Positions 31,601 to 40,002 of a stretch of DNA of 64,000 nt are shown piece after piece. The translations under genes were made by a program, and so were the position numbers. Origin of the DNA: Phycisphaerales bacterium (lineage in GTDB: Bacteria > Planctomycetota > Phycisphaerae > Phycisphaerales > UBA1924); contig OZ245777.1 of NCBI GenBank assembly GCA_965227775.1, forward strand, positions 3,200,001 through 3,264,000. The letters are read 5' to 3'. Within the stretch, counting starts at the first letter, position 1. Each line of letters starts with the position of its first letter. A model generated the notes under the pieces. That model searched no databases, was not told the origin of the DNA, and saw nothing but the letters and a program-made list of their open reading frames with translations.

Positions 31601-32685
31601 AGTCTGTGCACTCGGTGACGATCTCGGGCATGCCCGAAGGTTCAGGCCTGTCCGCAGGTGTCGACAACAGTGACGGCTCATGGTCGCTGGCTGCAGAGGA
31701 GCTCAACGGCCTCACGCTCACCCCACCGCCTGGATTCTCCGGTGATTTCGATCTTGAGGTCAGCGCCACCAGCACCGACGGCGGAGCGATCTCCGAGGCA
31801 GCGACCTCGACGATGCGCGTCTCGGTTGAGGCCACGCCGGAGTTGTCGCCCGATCCCGTAACCGAACCGCTGCCACAGCCGCAGCCCGAGGCACAAGAAC
31901 GGCCCGATGAGGCGGGTTCCGAGAACAACGGCAGTCCGGTCCAGCCGCAGGGCGTCGCCCAAGACGAGCCCAAGGTCACGCCCGAACCAGCAGACCAGCG
32001 CGAGCAGGATCCGGTGCTTGAGCCCGAGGCCGAGCCCGCCCCCCCACTAATACCAGAGCCGCAAACAGAACCCGCGCTGAAGCCTCGACCTGAACCAGCA
32101 ATCCAAGGCGACGCCGGGGAACCGCCAGCGTCGGAGCCGACGGATGAACCCGCGCCAGATGGCGGAGTCGCTGAGCAAGCGCTGGCCGGCACGCAAGACC
32201 AACCCTATCAAAACTCACCACCTGAAGTCATTCAGTGGCCAGAAGACGCCAACCTCGACATCCTCGATCCGGTCGAAGAGGTCGAGCAGACTCTTGTGGA
32301 CATTGAGTTGCAGTCGGATGAGATCGGGCTGACTCTGGGTGAAGGCACCACCGGCGGGACGAATCTCGGCTTCGTGCAGGTGTCTGAGGTCGCCCCGCTC
32401 GTACCGAGCGAACCGGAGCGTCCCGACGGTGTGATCCCGCCTCCGAGCCCGGTGGTTCACGAGGTCGTTGAGGACCATGCATCCTTGCGATCCAGGGATC
32501 TGCCCGACCGCGACAACGGTCAGATCTCACGTGCCGAACCAGACGAAGCCAGCAATAGCACATTGCGTGATCAGGTATCGGGATCGCTAGGCCTGATATG
32601 GGGCCTCGTGCGTTCGATCGGCGGCACGGGCACGGCTGAGAGCAAGCAAACGGAGAGCCGGAGCAACGGCAACAGGGCCGACTAA
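28651..32685 (+). CDS. Large acidic surface protein/adhesin with LExRxLL leader, cadherin and Ig-like domains, and Pro/Glu-rich stalk
   Basis: Basic N-terminus plus ESLEERILLS; two cadherin-like repeats (VEENAPAGTVV...DADGRFEID...SDLNEAP); three ISGxPEGxxLSAG Ig-like units; GGAGG RBS. Confidence 0.88.
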   Translation: MGKRQKGRTNKGSDKPKRFKAESLEERILLSGTWVDADAADALDGSAGGDPIGPADPSDLLGGSDSGGDLFGGGGDPIDDVPAAIEIEGASVEENAPAGTVVGTATVADADPGDSFSFSLANDADGRFEIDADSGHVTVADGASLDHEAVAEHTITVVATDAEGVAVEQDITVTVSDLNEAPLDLVVTGTGGASVGPAEPQSFGFESSPVGSSPEQIQFGGGLTATVSQDNVKVSEIIEHEDGYGAVAGEGDRFWKLLGGETTLTFSEPVSEISFTYSDYDGWNTISATAGSQRLEIDTINSGVNNSVTMRAPDGEVFETLSFTWESGASDGLGIDSMVVTPAAAPVSMVPENAGPGDVVATASATDPDAGDTLTYSLTHDADGRFEIDADTGSITVADGAEFDQATTAMHTVTVVATDGSGVAVEQEITIGVGDASYAPDLSVSDAAGEEDQPIPLDINASVPDGGEIASVTISGVPEGSTLSAGTNNGDGSWTVDGDDVDGLSLTPPRDFSGQFDLEVSVQGREAGSVTEVDFSSATITDYGVHQDKAPQASIEDGGATLHLGGNTWKDIGFPYTITEDTILEFQFRADGEPEIAGIGFDTDEGQTESRTFKLHGTQGWGVDPGDEYAGDGQWQTFQIRVGDYFTGDMDKLTFIHDHDASSDSGESFFKNIRVYEEGSVGTSDEATASLSVTVANAIDATGLEDEPIVLDIDTATPEGGAVESVTINGLPEGATLSAGIDNGDGSWTVDPDQLDDLSINPPPNYSGQFDIEVSVQARDPGSAVEVDFSSTEVTDYGVHQDKAPQASIEDGGATLHLGGNTWKDIEFPYTITEDTILEFQFRADGEPEIAGIGFDTDEGQTESRTFKLHGTQGWGVDPGDEYAGDGQWQTFQIRVGDYFTGDMDKLTFIHDHDASSDSGESFFKNIRVYEDGDTERIVETTSTLTIAVEAVADSPELSVPDAIGVADQPIPMTIGIELLDASESVHSVTISGMPEGSGLSAGVDNSDGSWSLAAEELNGLTLTPPPGFSGDFDLEVSATSTDGGAISEAATSTMRVSVEATPELSPDPVTEPLPQPQPEAQERPDEAGSENNGSPVQPQGVAQDEPKVTPEPADQREQDPVLEPEAEPAPPLIPEPQTEPALKPRPEPAIQGDAGEPPASEPTDEPAPDGGVAEQALAGTQDQPYQNSPPEVIQWPEDANLDILDPVEEVEQTLVDIELQSDEIGLTLGEGTTGGTNLGFVQVSEVAPLVPSEPERPDGVIPPPSPVVHEVVEDHASLRSRDLPDRDNGQISRAEPDEASNSTLRDQVSGSLGLIWGLVRSIGGTGTAESKQTESRSNGNRAD
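30269..30683 (+). repeat. 415-bp intragenic direct repeat, copy 1
   Basis: Matches 31031-31445 with about 4 substitutions read by eye. Confidence 0.93.
31031..31445 (+). repeat. 415-bp intragenic direct repeat, copy 2
   Basis: Matches 30269-30683; encodes DYGVHQDKAP...FFKNIRVYE. Confidence 0.93.
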
Positions 32686-32706
32686 TCGGAACTGGCACAG
32701 GAGTGA

Positions 32707-33129
32707 GTGATGGCTGTCGACTACAACAGAGCTGGACTCAGCGACCACACACATTCTCAGATCAGCGAGCTTGAACAGAGCACTTCTGAAGCTGTTCAAC
32801 GCATGCGTTGTCACTCACGTCTGAACGTGCGAGTGAAGGTGACTGTCGTGCCAGCAAGCCTGAGTCATCGCGATGGCCCTCGGCTTCAGGGTATCACTGG
32901 CGATCTGTCGCAAGGCGGGACGCAGATCCTGCTGCCGAGACCGCTGAACATCGGTGATGTATACCTGGTCTCGTTCGATCGGGACGCGCTCGATCTACCC
33001 GACGTCTACGCGCTGTGCCTCCGCGGTCGCCAGGTCCGTCCAGATGCGTTCGAGGCGGGGCTGCGCTTCCTCCAGCCTGTCACGCTTCCGGAGATGGACG
33101 GGTCAGATCAAGCACATTCGATTCTCTAA
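32707..33129 (+). CDS. Stand-alone PilZ domain protein (c-di-GMP receptor)
   Basis: RxxxR (RCHSR) and DxSxxG (DLSQGG) motifs, AGLRF; AGGAG RBS. Confidence 0.85.
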   Translation: MMAVDYNRAGLSDHTHSQISELEQSTSEAVQRMRCHSRLNVRVKVTVVPASLSHRDGPRLQGITGDLSQGGTQILLPRPLNIGDVYLVSFDRDALDLPDVYALCLRGRQVRPDAFEAGLRFLQPVTLPEMDGSDQAHSIL

Positions 33130-33188
33130 CTTTTGCACGTTCCCAGAGATCTCATGAGCACCCACTCGCATTCCAAGGCACGTCAGCG

Positions 33189-35090
33189 ATGAGCACCGTC
33201 GAACTCCAAGACCACTCGACTTCGAACGTACACGCGTTCGAAGACTCGCACGAGGATTCACCTCGCCCGGATCTCTACGCATCAATCACGGAGATCGACC
33301 GGGCGGATCTGCCACCACGCAAACGGGTTGAGCAATTGCTCGACTCGATCTTCGAGGCGTTCTGTCCTTTGGTAGCCGTTGCCTCTGTCGGACTCGCGAA
33401 TGAGGAGATTGATCGACGGCGGCAACAGGACCGCGACGGAGTCCAGCCTTGGATCGGGGTGCTCGATGATGCGGCCCTCGAAGCCCGCTCGCACGATCGC
33501 TCCTTCGCCCGCCTCTACGGCACGAGCGAAGAGAACCCAGAATTCGTGGTCGCAGCGTCACCAATCCAGATTCCGGGCCAGGATCCGTTCGGGGGCGTTG
33601 CTGTTCTCATGCGGTGCGAGTCGATCCCAGACGCCGAACGAGTCCAGCTGCACCTTCGCAGTGCGTGCCTGCACGCGGCGGCCACTCTCGTGCGGCAGAC
33701 CCGGCGGAAGCCTCAAGCGGTGCACATGGACGACATCGCACGGGTGTTTGCTCGCGCAGGCAATTTCAGGACCCTTCATCAATTCGCATACGCCATCACA
33801 AACGCGGCTCGCCAGAAGTTCGATTGTGATCTCGTGTCCATGGGTGTCGTCCGCAAGCACAAGGCACACGTATTGAGCATCTCGGGCCTTGACCAGGTCA
33901 AGAAGCGCAACCCAGGCGTTCACGCACTCGAGCAAGCGATGGGCGAGTGCATCGATGCAGGTGCGCCGGTGCTCTCGCAGCAACAGGATGCCTGGAACCA
34001 GATGGAAGGTGTGGAGCGCGGTCCGCTCCACGATACATGGCGCGCTGCGACCAAGGGCGGGGCTGTGATGAGCGTTCCCATCCTCGCCGGCGACGAGGTG
34101 GCTGCGGTCGTTTCCTTTCGCCGGCCGACCGACAAGCCCTTCGACGCGGACGATGTTGATGCGGTTCGCAAGCTACTTGCACCACTGGCGGGCGCTATCC
34201 CACTCGTCGCCCGAGCCACCCGCTCGCTGGCCGACCACACGATACACTCCGGCGCCGATGCGAGTCGCTGGGCACTGCGCACCGGCTCGACCCGCAAGCG
34301 ACTCATTCTGTTGATGGTCGCGGCGGCTTCAGCATGGCTGGTCTTTGCGCGGTCGACCTATCAAGTGAGTACCCCGGCAACGGTTGTCGCGGAACGAGAG
34401 TGGGTTGTAGCCTCACCACTCGATGGGATGGTCTCATCGGTTCTCGTACGCGCCGGAGATATCGTCCGCGCGGGCACACCCTTGATGGCCCTCGATACCT
34501 CCGACCTTGAACTCGAACTCGAGGCATTGGCCTCCGACATCGCAGCTGCCGATCTTCGCCTCAGCACATCGATGGCCGCGGACAACCCAGCCGAAGCAGC
34601 GATCGCACGCGCGGAGCGGGTCGCACTCACGGCGAGACACGAGGCGGTTCTTGAGCGGATCAAGCGCGCGAAAGTCATCGCACCCGCGGGCGGCATCGTC
34701 GTCGGCCCGGGCCTGGCCGACCTTCCCGGCCAGCGCGTCGGCGTGGGACAACCTCTGGTTTCCATTGCCGAAGCCGGCACGCTCGCACTGCAGTTGAGCA
34801 TACCGGAAGGTCGGGTGACCGATCTGGAGACGGGTCAGGCCCTGCGCTTCGCCAGCAACTCCAGGCCCGAAGATCCGAGCTTCGGGACGCTCGAGCGTGT
34901 CTCTCCGACGGCAGTCCATCGCGATGGGCGCACCGTCTTCATCGGTGAGTCCTCCATGCCCGGGAACGCCAACTGGCTCCGTCCCGGCATGGAGGGGGTT
35001 GCGATCATCGAAGTTGGCGAACGTCGCAACTGGTGGCTCGCCACGCATCGTCTCGTTGACGCAATCCGAATGAAGCTCTGGATAGACTGA
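33189..35090 (+). CDS. GAF-domain-containing HlyD-family membrane fusion protein
   Basis: GAF-like segments (VSMGV...ALEQAMGECID...VMSVPI), one TM, lipoyl half-motifs SPLDGMVSSVLVRAGD and APAGGIV, coiled coil, LRPGMEG. Confidence 0.82.
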   Translation: MSTVELQDHSTSNVHAFEDSHEDSPRPDLYASITEIDRADLPPRKRVEQLLDSIFEAFCPLVAVASVGLANEEIDRRRQQDRDGVQPWIGVLDDAALEARSHDRSFARLYGTSEENPEFVVAASPIQIPGQDPFGGVAVLMRCESIPDAERVQLHLRSACLHAAATLVRQTRRKPQAVHMDDIARVFARAGNFRTLHQFAYAITNAARQKFDCDLVSMGVVRKHKAHVLSISGLDQVKKRNPGVHALEQAMGECIDAGAPVLSQQQDAWNQMEGVERGPLHDTWRAATKGGAVMSVPILAGDEVAAVVSFRRPTDKPFDADDVDAVRKLLAPLAGAIPLVARATRSLADHTIHSGADASRWALRTGSTRKRLILLMVAAASAWLVFARSTYQVSTPATVVAEREWVVASPLDGMVSSVLVRAGDIVRAGTPLMALDTSDLELELEALASDIAAADLRLSTSMAADNPAEAAIARAERVALTARHEAVLERIKRAKVIAPAGGIVVGPGLADLPGQRVGVGQPLVSIAEAGTLALQLSIPEGRVTDLETGQALRFASNSRPEDPSFGTLERVSPTAVHRDGRTVFIGESSMPGNANWLRPGMEGVAIIEVGERRNWWLATHRLVDAIRMKLWID

Positions 35091-37252
35091 TGACAGACTC
35101 ACAGCAACCATCACACTCGGGTGCGGAATCGGCTGATGCATCAATCGCCGATCGTCTGCGCAATGTCGTTGTCGACTTGCGTAGCGAACTTGACATCAGT
35201 AGGCACGTCTTTCGAGATGGTCCGTCTTATATTGTCCGGGATCCCATCACGTTCGGCACGCACCGCTTCGACCCACAGGACTACAAGATCCTCAGGGCAC
35301 TCGAACATGAGCGAACACTTGGTGAGATCTTCGAGACCCTGATTCAGCGCGGTGCGCTCGAACGCAGCGAAGAGTCAGAATTCTACGAGTTCATCCTGGA
35401 CCTTCACCAACGCAGCCTCTTGACGCTGCCGATCAACAGCGGCGACGCTCTGTATCAGCGATACGAGCGACGCAAGCAGGCCGAGAGGTCGTCGAAGGCG
35501 CTCGGAATCCTGTTCCTTCGTGTGCCGCTGATCAACCCGGATCGATTCCTGTCTACGACACTGCCGCTCTTTCGCTGGTTGTTTACCACGCCGGCCTTTA
35601 TCGCATGGATGACTCTGACTGCACTCGCACTCGTAGTCGCATCTTCCCGGCTAGATGACCTGAGCGCACCTGTACTCACCTCGATTCAGGGCCAGGATCT
35701 CCTCATGCTCTGGGGGGCACTGATCGGGCTGAAGGTGGTTCACGAGTTCGGTCATGCGTACGCGTGTCGGTCCTTTGGCGGGCACGTTCCAGAGATGGGC
35801 GCCTTCTTCATCCTGTTTACACCTCTCGCCTATGTGGATGCGAGTGATTCTTGGAAGTTCTCCAGTACTCGACAGCGGGCCATCGTGACTCTCGGAGGCG
35901 TGTACTTCGAGTCGATCGTCGGAATTGCAGCCTTGGCGGTTTGGAGCGTGAGTGATGCGGGGCCCATCCAAACCCTCGCGTATCAGATCATGCTGCTGTC
36001 AACGATCACGACACTCGCCTTCAACATGAACCCGCTGCTCCGGTATGACGCGTACTACCTCGTCTCGGATCTTGTCAAGATCCCCAATCTCCGGGCCAGA
36101 TGCCAGGAAGCGCTGACAGGAACACTGAAGCGGCTGTTCTTCGGCATACGCGCCAGTGCCGACGGCACTCCGTTCCATTTCGAGCCCGGCCTGCTCGCGT
36201 TTGGCATGGCTCAGGCTGTGTACCGCGTGGTGGTGATGGTGACGATTTCCGCTGTCGTAACCATGAAGTTTGGAATCGTTGGGATCGTGATCTCCGTCCT
36301 GATCATCGGCATGGCAGGATTCAAGGCCGCGAAGGGCATCTGCATCTACGTGCTTCGTTCCGAAGAGACGGCCCCAATTCGGTTCCGTGCCGTTACCACA
36401 ACGCTGGCAGCAGCGACCATCGCCATCATCGGGCTTACCTCTGTTCCGTTGCCATGGCCCCTGCACGCGAAGGGAGTCGTTTCCTACGAGACCGTCGAAG
36501 CACTGCCAGCGCCGATGTCGGGCTACGTTGAGCAATTGCGCACTGAAGTCGGGTCTTTCCACACGGGTGGTGATGTCATCGCCACGCTGACGAACCCTGA
36601 CGCGTACACGGAACTGCAGACGGCTCGAGCTGAGCAGGCGACTTCGCGATCACGCCTCGTCCATGCAAGCATGCGATCGCCGAGCGACGCGGAGCGCGCT
36701 CGCATCGAGCAGGACCGTCACGATGCCAGGATCCGCAAGCTCGAGAGCGATGTCGCGGGAATGGCCATCGCAGCTCCGTCCGACGGTCGCGTTCTCGATG
36801 TGCTGGTTGAGCACGAGGGTTCGCACGTGAAAGCCGGCGAACCGATCGCCTTGTTCGGTTCTGGCTCGAGCGAGGCCGTGTTTCATGTCCGGGCGCACGA
36901 GCTCGATGGAGTGTCAATTGCAATTGGGGACGAGATCGTGTGTCGGTCGCACGCCAATCCAGAAGTCGATCTCACCGGAACAGTCATACATGTCGGGCCT
37001 GCTGGGTCGCGGGACATCGATTCGAGTATCCGTCACGCAGCACCAACGGGACTCGTACCAACGGATCAGCGTACAGGTCTGGCCAGCGCACCATACTTCG
37101 AGATCCGTTTGCGGCTGCCAGAGTGCGACTCGACAATCCCCGGAACTCGGATTGAAGCCAGCCTGCCGGCTCACCGGCGTACGACCGCAGCTGTCATCGA
37201 GCGCCACATCATTCGATTCCTCAACCGTGTCCGCCAGGACCGCGCAAGCTGA
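35090..37252 (+). CDS. Peptidase M50 (site-2 protease family) membrane protein with N-terminal PqqD/RRE-like and C-terminal HlyD/MFP domains
   Basis: HEFGH, NMNPLLRYDAYY, multiple TMs, APMSGYV and APSDGRV lipoyl half-motifs; TGATG coupling to the upstream gene. Confidence 0.85.
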   Translation: MTDSQQPSHSGAESADASIADRLRNVVVDLRSELDISRHVFRDGPSYIVRDPITFGTHRFDPQDYKILRALEHERTLGEIFETLIQRGALERSEESEFYEFILDLHQRSLLTLPINSGDALYQRYERRKQAERSSKALGILFLRVPLINPDRFLSTTLPLFRWLFTTPAFIAWMTLTALALVVASSRLDDLSAPVLTSIQGQDLLMLWGALIGLKVVHEFGHAYACRSFGGHVPEMGAFFILFTPLAYVDASDSWKFSSTRQRAIVTLGGVYFESIVGIAALAVWSVSDAGPIQTLAYQIMLLSTITTLAFNMNPLLRYDAYYLVSDLVKIPNLRARCQEALTGTLKRLFFGIRASADGTPFHFEPGLLAFGMAQAVYRVVVMVTISAVVTMKFGIVGIVISVLIIGMAGFKAAKGICIYVLRSEETAPIRFRAVTTTLAAATIAIIGLTSVPLPWPLHAKGVVSYETVEALPAPMSGYVEQLRTEVGSFHTGGDVIATLTNPDAYTELQTARAEQATSRSRLVHASMRSPSDAERARIEQDRHDARIRKLESDVAGMAIAAPSDGRVLDVLVEHEGSHVKAGEPIALFGSGSSEAVFHVRAHELDGVSIAIGDEIVCRSHANPEVDLTGTVIHVGPAGSRDIDSSIRHAAPTGLVPTDQRTGLASAPYFEIRLRLPECDSTIPGTRIEASLPAHRRTTAAVIERHIIRFLNRVRQDRAS

Positions 37253-37272
37253 TCCGGCATGGAGAACACCTG

Positions 37273-38289
37273 ATGCACCCGCTTGCCACGCAATTCTGCC
37301 TGCTTGCCATAGCCGGCGTAACGATCCAGCTCAACGCCTCGGGGATGCTTGCTTACCCGAGGAGTGACGATGCTCCCTCCCCACAGGTTGGGACCAACAC
37401 CTCGACATCGGTACCAACAATGGACGTCGGCCAGGGTATCAAGCTCGTTGACACCGCCGGCAGTCATGCCCTTCCTGGTGCGACGCGAGCGCTCCGGCAC
37501 GTTGTGCTAAGCACGTCCTTTGACACAAGATTGTCTCGCCTGACGGTCGAAGAAGGCCAGCTTGTTCGAGCTGGCGAGATCGTCGCCGTACTCGACGACA
37601 GGGTCGCCCAGGCCACGCTGCGAGTCGCAGAGCTGGAAGCGGCAAATGAAGCCCTGATCGCCAGAGCCCAGGCCCGGGTTGACGAGGCGGAAGCCAACCT
37701 TGAGCATGTCGGGCGTGCACAAGCTGCGGGCGCCGCGAACAAGGACGAAGTGGATGATGCCCGAACGGCCGTCGCGGTGGCCGAAGCCGATCTGCGCTTG
37801 GCTCAGCACGAACATGATCGAGCTGGGCTCGAGTTGGAGCTCGCACGCGCCAGAGTGGAGGAGCACCTCGCACGGGCACCGTTCGATGCAGTGGTCTTGC
37901 GGGTCAAGGCAGAGCCAGGAGAGGTGCTCTCCCCCGGCGATCCAATCGCCGAACTTGCCACCGAGGGGCAGATTTGCGTGGACCTCTACCTTCCATCGTC
38001 CGCTGCGGCGTCAATCAAGAAGGGCGAGACGTACTCGCTGCAAGTCGGAGAACCACTTGATGTTACTCTGCCAGCCAGCGTTCGCTACGTCGAGCGTCGT
38101 ATCGATCCCACATCAAAGACGCAGCGGGTGGTATTCGAGTTTAATACTGAGTTCCGTCGGCTTTCAATCGGCATGCTTGTAAGGCCGGCTTCGAGGATGC
38201 CGACTTCGGCGGACATCGCAACCGCCTCCGAGAGCCGCAGCGGAAGCAGCTTGGCTACCTTGAGCCAGCACAGCCACGAGGGGCCTTAG
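37273..38289 (+). CDS. RND/HlyD-type periplasmic adaptor (membrane fusion protein)
   Basis: Signal-like N-terminus, VEEGQLVRAGE, coiled coil, RAPFDAVV, GEVLSPGDPI, RIDPTSKT. Confidence 0.85.
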   Translation: MHPLATQFCLLAIAGVTIQLNASGMLAYPRSDDAPSPQVGTNTSTSVPTMDVGQGIKLVDTAGSHALPGATRALRHVVLSTSFDTRLSRLTVEEGQLVRAGEIVAVLDDRVAQATLRVAELEAANEALIARAQARVDEAEANLEHVGRAQAAGAANKDEVDDARTAVAVAEADLRLAQHEHDRAGLELELARARVEEHLARAPFDAVVLRVKAEPGEVLSPGDPIAELATEGQICVDLYLPSSAAASIKKGETYSLQVGEPLDVTLPASVRYVERRIDPTSKTQRVVFEFNTEFRRLSIGMLVRPASRMPTSADIATASESRSGSSLATLSQHSHEGP

Positions 38290-38529
38290 CCTGTGCTGAG
38301 CTTCCTATGCCGCATACCAGCGGCGAGACCAAGTCGATAGCGGCACACGCTGAACTCAGCGGTGGCGCCCGGCCTTGGGTTCTTGGCGGCCCCCGCCGCA
38401 AAGGCCAGTGCACGTGGGGCCAGAGCGGACAATCCGCGGCGCATCCGGGCACAAGCGGCAAGCCTGGCACAGGAGTGTCAAGGGCCGCAAACACCAGAGA
38501 AAGCAGAGCTTCCGGCGTCTTTGGGCCAA

Positions 38530-38602
38530 TGGAGCGGAGGCGACTCGAACGCCCAACTTCCAGCTTGCAAAGCTGGCACTCTACCAATTGAGTTACCGCC
38601 CC
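38530..38602 (-). tRNA. tRNA-Ala (anticodon TGC), CCA not encoded
   Basis: GGGGCGG/CCGCTCC acceptor stem with G3:U70, D arm ACTC/GAGT, anticodon arm CCAGC-TTTGCAA-GCTGG, T loop TTCGAGT. Confidence 0.96.
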
Positions 38603-38712
38603 TGGGGGGCCATGGTATGCCCTTCTCGGACGCGATCCTGCCCGCACAAACCGTTGCGACGCGTGTTGCTCCTGCTGTGGGTCGATAGGCCCAGCGAAGG
38701 GAGGGCTCACCG

Positions 38713-40002
38713 ATGGGTCGTTCGGGATGGGCGGGGGCGTGTGCCGTGGTAGCGGCCTGGGCGGCGAGCGCTATTGCGGCAGGCGGCGACCCGCAGCAAG
38801 AATTCGAGGCGGCCGAGCAGGCCGAACTCAAGGGCGAGTACCGCGAGGCGTTTGACGCCTACCTGCGAGCTTGGGCCGACCCCGCCTTGCGGGCAGAATC
38901 GGCCCGCCGTGCCCGAGCCCTCGAGCGGATCGCCCGGGTCTCTTCGGACGATGATCCGACGGCTATCGAGCGGCTGCGTGAGAAGGTGGGCGCAGGATTC
39001 CGCACGTATCGGTCGCGTTCGTACTACGTGCTGAGTGATGCGGACGACGCGTGGACGCGTTCGCGCATCACGCTGCTGGAGCGCGCGCGGGAGCAGTACT
39101 TTCGCGATCTCGACCGACTGAGCGTGCCGGTGCACCCCCACCCCCACCGACTGGTGTGCGTGTTCTTCGGCGAGCATGGCGACTACCTGGAATTCGCACG
39201 CGACCATGACGGCTTCGACGCAGGATGGACGGCCGGATACTACAGCATGGCCCACAACGCCATCATCATCCACGATGATCGCACGTCGCCCAGTTTGTAC
39301 CGTGTGAATCGTCAGCTCGCCGGCTTCCAAGACCGCGCTGACCTGCTGGTGGGAAGAGCGGAAGACGCCGAGGCGCTTGGTGAGTTCGAGCAGGGCCAGC
39401 TCTTGCGCGAGGCTGCGGCTGATCTCGAAGCACACATCGCCAAGGAGCGCGATCGCATCCAGCAGCAAGTGCTGCGCTTCGGTGTCGCCAAGGTACTGCA
39501 CGAGGCGATCCACTTGCTTGCCTTCAACACCGGGCTGCAACGGCGCGGCTCGTCGTATCCGCTCTGGGTGAGCGAGGGGCTCGCGGCCAGCTTCGAGTCG
39601 CACGACACCAATGGCCAGTTCGGCTTTGCCTTCGAGTACAAGCCGCGAGAGGCTGAGTTGCTGTCGCTGGCGGCGAGCGATTCGCTGCCCAATCTCGAGC
39701 GTCTGGTGACGATGGACGACAACTCGAACTTGCGCATCGATACGGCGCGGCCGATCTACGCGGTCGCGTACGGACTGTTCAAGGAACTCCATCGCACGAA
39801 TCGGGACGAGCTGGCGGCGTACCTCATGGAACTGGCCGATCTGCCAGCCGGCCCGCAGACAGCCGAGCAACACCTGGAACGGTTCGAGCGGCACTTTGGC
39901 AGCGCCGGCCGTCTTGAGAATCGGATGGGCCGGCGATGGACGGCGGCAGCGCGGGAACGCGAGCAGGGCCAGGCCGAGGACATGCGGTCGGCTCGCCGCT
40001 AG
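38713..40002 (+). CDS. Secreted DUF1570-like zinc metallopeptidase
   Basis: Signal peptide, AGYYS, HEAIHLLAFNTG, PLWVSEGLA. Confidence 0.78.
   Translation: MGRSGWAGACAVVAAWAASAIAAGGDPQQEFEAAEQAELKGEYREAFDAYLRAWADPALRAESARRARALERIARVSSDDDPTAIERLREKVGAGFRTYRSRSYYVLSDADDAWTRSRITLLERAREQYFRDLDRLSVPVHPHPHRLVCVFFGEHGDYLEFARDHDGFDAGWTAGYYSMAHNAIIIHDDRTSPSLYRVNRQLAGFQDRADLLVGRAEDAEALGEFEQGQLLREAAADLEAHIAKERDRIQQQVLRFGVAKVLHEAIHLLAFNTGLQRRGSSYPLWVSEGLAASFESHDTNGQFGFAFEYKPREAELLSLAASDSLPNLERLVTMDDNSNLRIDTARPIYAVAYGLFKELHRTNRDELAAYLMELADLPAGPQTAEQHLERFERHFGSAGRLENRMGRRWTAAAREREQGQAEDMRSARR

Noticed and set aside
32693..32707. TGGCAC as a sigma-54 -24 element (also at 38465)
   Set aside because: No TTGC/GC at the -12 position
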